Source: an uncultured virus (IMG/VR IMGVR_UViG_3300005934_000003)
Taxonomy: Duplodnaviria > Heunggongvirae > Uroviricota > Caudoviricetes
Reading direction: 5' to 3' (one strand)
IMG/VR virus record: IMGVR_UViG_3300005934_000003
Length of the DNA stretch: 20,000 bases
This document shows positions 16,301 to 20,000 of the stretch, one piece after another; the first letter of the stretch is position 1, and every line of letters starts with the position of its first letter. Made by a program: the position numbers and the translations under genes. The notes beneath the pieces are model-generated. The model had not been told where the DNA came from. It did no database searches and saw nothing but the letters and a program-made list of their open reading frames with translations.

Positions 16301-16321
16301 AAAAAAACCAGTTTTACCGGT
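16301..16321 (-). terminator. Probable weak intrinsic terminator
   Basis: Minus strand ACCGGT-AAA-ACTGGT followed by TTTTTT. Confidence 0.55.
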
Positions 16322-16361
16322 AGAAATAGGACAAAAAAGCAGTTTTTTAGAGGGTTTGATG

Positions 16362-16943
16362 TTAAAACACCTCTTTTTCGAACTGCTCATATGTAATATT
16401 CCTAAAATTTGCATTTGTATTTAATACACTAGGGCAAAAGTCACCCTCTGTAATTACCCTTTTATACTGGATATCCGAGTGGGTTTTGACTATTGTTTCG
16501 GTTTGTCTAAGCCAATTACCGTAGTAAGTTGCAGGTTCGTGGCTTTTTTTGTAGTTGGGTGTATCCGCAAAAACGTTATTAAAACGTTTTCCTCCCATTA
16601 GTCCTTCAAAATCAAAACCTAAAATGAATATCTCATTATAGTAATGATCAGATGCTAAACTTAAAGCAGTAGGTCCGCTACTCCAACCTTTATTAGGACT
16701 AAAATAGTGAAGTCCTACGTACTTGTCATATGCTTTGTTGTAATTTGTCCAGACTTGCCCATCTAAATGATAGTTACTGCCAACAATCTCGTGAACCATT
16801 TTAGGATCAACAGCAACAAGGTAGTCAGGAGCGAAAGTTCTATACACTGCATTACAGGCGTATATTTTTCCCTTACCTACCAAGCGGTTAATTTCTAAAC
16901 GTGAACGTGACTGTCCGTTCCCCAAGACAAATGCTCTGCTCAT
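16362..16943 (-). CDS. Putative Maf/DUF115/CstII(GT42)-like glycosyltransferase-fold protein (193 aa)
   Basis: Ordered motifs AFVLGNGQS, IYACNA, PDYLVAVD, WSSGPTALSLA and EIFILGFDF match the GNGPS / CN / PD...D / (T/S)SG..A...A / IYLxGFDF pattern of sialyltransferase-like and Maf proteins. Confidence 0.7.
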   Translation of the reverse strand: MSRAFVLGNGQSRSRLEINRLVGKGKIYACNAVYRTFAPDYLVAVDPKMVHEIVGSNYHLDGQVWTNYNKAYDKYVGLHYFSPNKGWSSGPTALSLASDHYYNEIFILGFDFEGLMGGKRFNNVFADTPNYKKSHEPATYYGNWLRQTETIVKTHSDIQYKRVITEGDFCPSVLNTNANFRNITYEQFEKEVF

Positions 16944-16967
16944 AGTAATAATAATTATGTAGGATTA

Positions 16968-17213
16968 TTAAACTGCTGTGCCGTCTTGAATAGGCTGGGC
17001 GTACATCATTCTCACAAACTCTAATTCTTTTGTTTGTTCAAGTTCGCGAGCCTCTGCAGTTCTTCTTAAGGTATTAATCTGTTTAAGAGTTAATCTAGTT
17101 TTTCTAGTATCATCGGAATCGATCACAGAAATATCGTTTTCAGGACTGTATCTTTTGTCGTCCTCAAATTTTGATCCATCTTGGCTAAAATAAAAAAATT
17201 CTTTTAACAGCAT
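16968..17213 (-). CDS. Small head-module protein (81 aa), probably leaderless
   Basis: Lies directly after the portal gene, has TATAAATA 5 nt before the ATG, and has no SD. Confidence 0.75.
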   Translation of the reverse strand: MLLKEFFYFSQDGSKFEDDKRYSPENDISVIDSDDTRKTRLTLKQINTLRRTAEARELEQTKELEFVRMMYAQPIQDGTAV

Positions 17214-17218
17214 TATAA

Positions 17219-17226
17219 TATTTATA
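17219..17226 (-). promoter_or_regulatory. T4 late promoter consensus TATAAATA overlapping the portal stop codon
   Basis: Exact match to the T4 gp55-dependent late promoter consensus. Confidence 0.75.
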
Positions 17227-18919
17227 CTCCTAAGGTAGGTTCTCCACCACCTTCACCTTCGTCTTCTGCTGGTGGTTCAGGTGCATCAGCGCCGGGTTCT
17301 GTTGAACCTAAGTTGTCTAAATCACTTTGAATACCGCCTGGTGTTACTCCAACACCTCTCATTTCAGTACCAGAGCCGATGTTGTTAAAGTCACCTGCGG
17401 AGTTTTCTTCTCTCCACATAGACTCGTTTTCTGCCATTTCTTCTGCACTTAATCCTAAGAAACGTTTAAGTGCAAAACGTTTTGACATATATGGTATTTC
17501 TTGTAAACTAGCAAACGTATTAACACGAGCATTATCCATTTCACTTTGTCTATATGCCGCAAAGTTCTGTGGAGTGTTCATTTTTAAATCAAATAAATCG
17601 TTATCAATGTTTAAACCTTTAGAATTAATGTAAAGTTTAAACTCTCTATCAAAGATGTGTTCAATTAAACTTTGTAAACGTTCACAGTATTTGTTAAATC
17701 TTAATTCTTGAATGTATGCTGTGCCAACCCTGCCATCGTTGTATTGTGCGGCACTGTCATCAGCACCTGTTGGTAGATAAGAACTTGGAATACGTAAACC
17801 TCTTAACAGTTTGTTTGTAAAGTATTTTAAATCGTCAATTTCACCTAGGTTAGTACCACCTGGTAATGTTTCTACCTTAGAACCTCTACCTTCAGCCGTT
17901 TGTGGGAAGAAGTAATCTTCGTTAATAGATAAAGGATTAAAACTAGCATCAATTACATTAGTTCCACCACCTGTTGCACTTGGAATACGTCTTTGATGAA
18001 TTTCGTTTTTTACTCTTTCAACAAATCCCATAGCAAGGTGGGTTGGCATATTACCTACGTCGATGTAGAACACACGTCTTTCAGGTGCTCTTTGTACACG
18101 ATAGATAATAATTGCGTCTTCTAATAATTCTTTTTGTTTGTAAACTTTAAAAATAGATTCTAATAGTGAATTACCAAATGGATAGTTTCTATCTAATCCT
18201 TCACTTAAACTTAAATGTACAACGTGTTCTGCTTCAATGGCTACTTGATTCATTGTTTTTTCAAAACGTGAACCATAGTTTTGTGGTCCTGCACCAACAA
18301 ACCCTCTTCCAAATGCACCGCCTGATGCATTATAATCAATCTGTCCGTTTGATGCGTTAGCATTAAGTTGTGTAACTGCTAACTGTTGAAAGTTAGGATT
18401 AATGTCTCTAATAACATACTGCTCAGGTTTTTTACCTTCGCTTTCGTTTACAATTACCTTATCAACTTTGGTTGGGTCAACGTGCATCCATTTAAATGTT
18501 TCTGGATCACGTACAAAGAAAGCATCACCGTACTTGAATATGTTACGAACAATTTTAAAAATACGTCTTTGAAACTGATTCATATCAGTCCATTGTTGTA
18601 ATGTGCTTTTTAAAACTTTAACTTCTGATGATGTACCACTTGCTTTGTAATGTAAATGAAAAGGTGTTTTATTTTCGTTGTTTTGTTGTGTACAAAATTC
18701 TGATAGAATATCCAGTGCCGCGTTTACTTCACTGTCTAAATCCATTGTATCGTACTGACCATAACGCTCAATACGATTAGGATGTCCTGTGTAAACATCT
18801 GGTAAGAATGATGAATAGTTAGATCTTGCAGGACCGACAGCATCACTTCCTGGAATTGCTCCAAATTTTCCTGATGTGTCTTGTGGTTTATATTCCTGAA
18901 AGTATTTTTTCCAACTCAT
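17222..18919 (-). CDS. g20: Portal vertex protein, T4 gp20-like (565 aa)
   Basis: Motifs LLEDAIIIYRVQRAPERRVFYIDVGNMP, EDYFFP..AEGRGSKVETLPGGTNLGEIDDLKYF..KL.RGLRIPSSYL and ELRFNKYCERLQ. Confidence 0.97.
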   Translation of the reverse strand: MSWKKYFQEYKPQDTSGKFGAIPGSDAVGPARSNYSSFLPDVYTGHPNRIERYGQYDTMDLDSEVNAALDILSEFCTQQNNENKTPFHLHYKASGTSSEVKVLKSTLQQWTDMNQFQRRIFKIVRNIFKYGDAFFVRDPETFKWMHVDPTKVDKVIVNESEGKKPEQYVIRDINPNFQQLAVTQLNANASNGQIDYNASGGAFGRGFVGAGPQNYGSRFEKTMNQVAIEAEHVVHLSLSEGLDRNYPFGNSLLESIFKVYKQKELLEDAIIIYRVQRAPERRVFYIDVGNMPTHLAMGFVERVKNEIHQRRIPSATGGGTNVIDASFNPLSINEDYFFPQTAEGRGSKVETLPGGTNLGEIDDLKYFTNKLLRGLRIPSSYLPTGADDSAAQYNDGRVGTAYIQELRFNKYCERLQSLIEHIFDREFKLYINSKGLNIDNDLFDLKMNTPQNFAAYRQSEMDNARVNTFASLQEIPYMSKRFALKRFLGLSAEEMAENESMWREENSAGDFNNIGSGTEMRGVGVTPGGIQSDLDNLGSTEPGADAPEPPAEDEGEGGGEPTLGV

Positions 18920-18928
18920 TATAATTCC

Positions 18929-19999
18929 TTACATAGATCTTAGTTCTTCTAACTGATCTTTACTAATTCTAATTAACTCGTCCATTTTACCGGCAAGTCC
19001 GCCTGATACAACGTTATTTACCGGAGTTCCAGAACTTCCTTTATTATTTGATTGTACACTCTCAGCCTGCATCTTGTCAAGTTGTTCGTCGCTCAAACCG
19101 GTCATTGATTTAACCATTCCGCGACCTTGTTCGTTTATTGCGGTCTCATTTTCCTTGGCATAGGTTTCATATTTCTTGCCCATTTCCTGTGCAGACGATA
19201 TCATTCCGCCTAGATCCATTTTTCCTGACTTCATACCAGACATCATATTACCCATATCGCCCTGCATCATATTAAGCATACCGCCGATTGGTGAATCCTT
19301 AGGAATAACCGCTTCGTTACCGTGCAACATAGCCAATTTGCCCTTGCCAAAGTTTTCAAATAAATTTCCGCCTTTGCCGGTACCAAAGAAATAACTCGGA
19401 AGTTCTTGAATTTTGTCATTTATAAATCCGTCCAAGAATTGGATCATAACTTCTTTGTCAGCACCTTGGTAATTGCTCTCAATATATTTTTTTAATCCAT
19501 CTTTAATTTTCTGTTTCGCATCGCCGGATTTAACGCCTTCTTTTTGTAATTCTTCGTATACGGTATCTAGATAACTGCTAATACCCATACCATCAAATAT
19601 ACCCGTTAGGCCTCCTCGACCTTCACCTGCTACTCCGGCCTGTCTTCTAAACAGATCCTTATCAATGCCAGCGCCGGTGCCTAAAATCTTATCCCACCAA
19701 CTGTTGTTAATGGAGCCACCACTTGCAATATTACTTTCAGTTGCCGAACCGCCACCTAAAATTGCATCATTTAATGTTTTACCAATTTTAGAGATTAATT
19801 CCATTAGACCTTCCATAATTTTAGCACGACCTTCTTCGGTAAATGGATTTAAATCTGTTGTAAGTCTTTCTAAAAATGCTTTGATTGCCGGTGCCGCTTC
19901 TTTGATTTTTTCAGCAAATGTTTCCATTGCCTGTTGAAATTCTGGACTTCCTAAAATCTCTGTAAACAGATCAGCAAATGCTTTTCTAACCTCTGCAAT
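18929..19999 (-). CDS. C-terminal part of a tape-measure-like tail protein (5'-truncated)
   Basis: The frame stays open upstream of the listed ATG at 19927 to the window edge (IAEVRKAFADLFTEILGSPEFQQAMETF...). It is helical and G/M-rich and carries FENFGKGKLAMLHGNEAVIP, which resembles the C-terminal motif of phage tape-measure proteins. Confidence 0.6.
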   Translation of the reverse strand: MAEVRKAFADLFTEILGSPEFQQAMETFAEKIKEAAPAIKAFLERLTTDLNPFTEEGRAKIMEGLMELISKIGKTLNDAILGGGSATESNIASGGSINNSWWDKILGTGAGIDKDLFRRQAGVAGEGRGGLTGIFDGMGISSYLDTVYEELQKEGVKSGDAKQKIKDGLKKYIESNYQGADKEVMIQFLDGFINDKIQELPSYFFGTGKGGNLFENFGKGKLAMLHGNEAVIPKDSPIGGMLNMMQGDMGNMMSGMKSGKMDLGGMISSAQEMGKKYETYAKENETAINEQGRGMVKSMTGLSDEQLDKMQAESVQSNNKGSSGTPVNNVVSGGLAGKMDELIRISKDQLEELRSM

Positions 20000-20000
20000 T

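Noticed and set aside
16952..16959. CATAATTA upstream of the putative glycosyltransferase gene as a late promoter
   Set aside because: It has a mismatch in the TAAATA core and 8-nt rather than 5-nt spacing within a very AT-rich gap. The gene can be read from the 17219 promoter.
19925..19927. ATG listed as the start of the 332-aa ORF
   Set aside because: The frame is open to the window edge and there is no SD, so this is an internal Met.
6888..19937. Plus-strand ORFs such as 13608-14006, 15427-15813, 15835-16134 and 19665-19937
   Set aside because: These are antisense shadows of real genes. Their S/F/L-rich sequences are the reverse complement of E/K/D codons.
1..20000. CRISPR arrays, DGR template/variable repeats, introns, inteins, homing endonucleases or stop-codon recoding
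   Set aside because: No spaced or near-identical DNA repeats were seen by eye. Portal, protease and MCP are uninterrupted, and genes tile completely under the standard code.

Overview
This is an AT-rich, gene-dense segment of a large T4-related tailed phage genome, with every credible gene on the minus strand. In transcription order (right to left) it holds the 3' end of a tape-measure-like gene, then the head module: portal gp20, an 81-aa protein, a Maf/GT42-like putative glycosyltransferase, an acidic repeat protein, protease gp21, scaffold gp22 and a compact 390-aa major capsid protein gp23. Two small hypothetical genes follow. Next is a block of fibre-like virion genes, ending in a protein of more than 1900 aa (5700 to <1) that the ORF track missed because it runs off the window. 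T4-late-type TAAATA promoters and intrinsic terminators punctuate the region. The most notable observations are: (i) two multi-branched structured RNA leaders lying between a late promoter and a Shine-Dalgarno, one with tRNA-like cloverleaf topology; (ii) two cupredoxin-like domains with complete H...C-x2-H-x2-M type-1 copper ligand sets in the giant virion protein; (iii) a putative nonulosonate-type glycosyltransferase inside the head operon, together with a recurrent D-S-[S/T] loop motif in the fibre proteins, which may indicate a virion glycosylation system. All family assignments come from manual motif recognition, and no searches were run.
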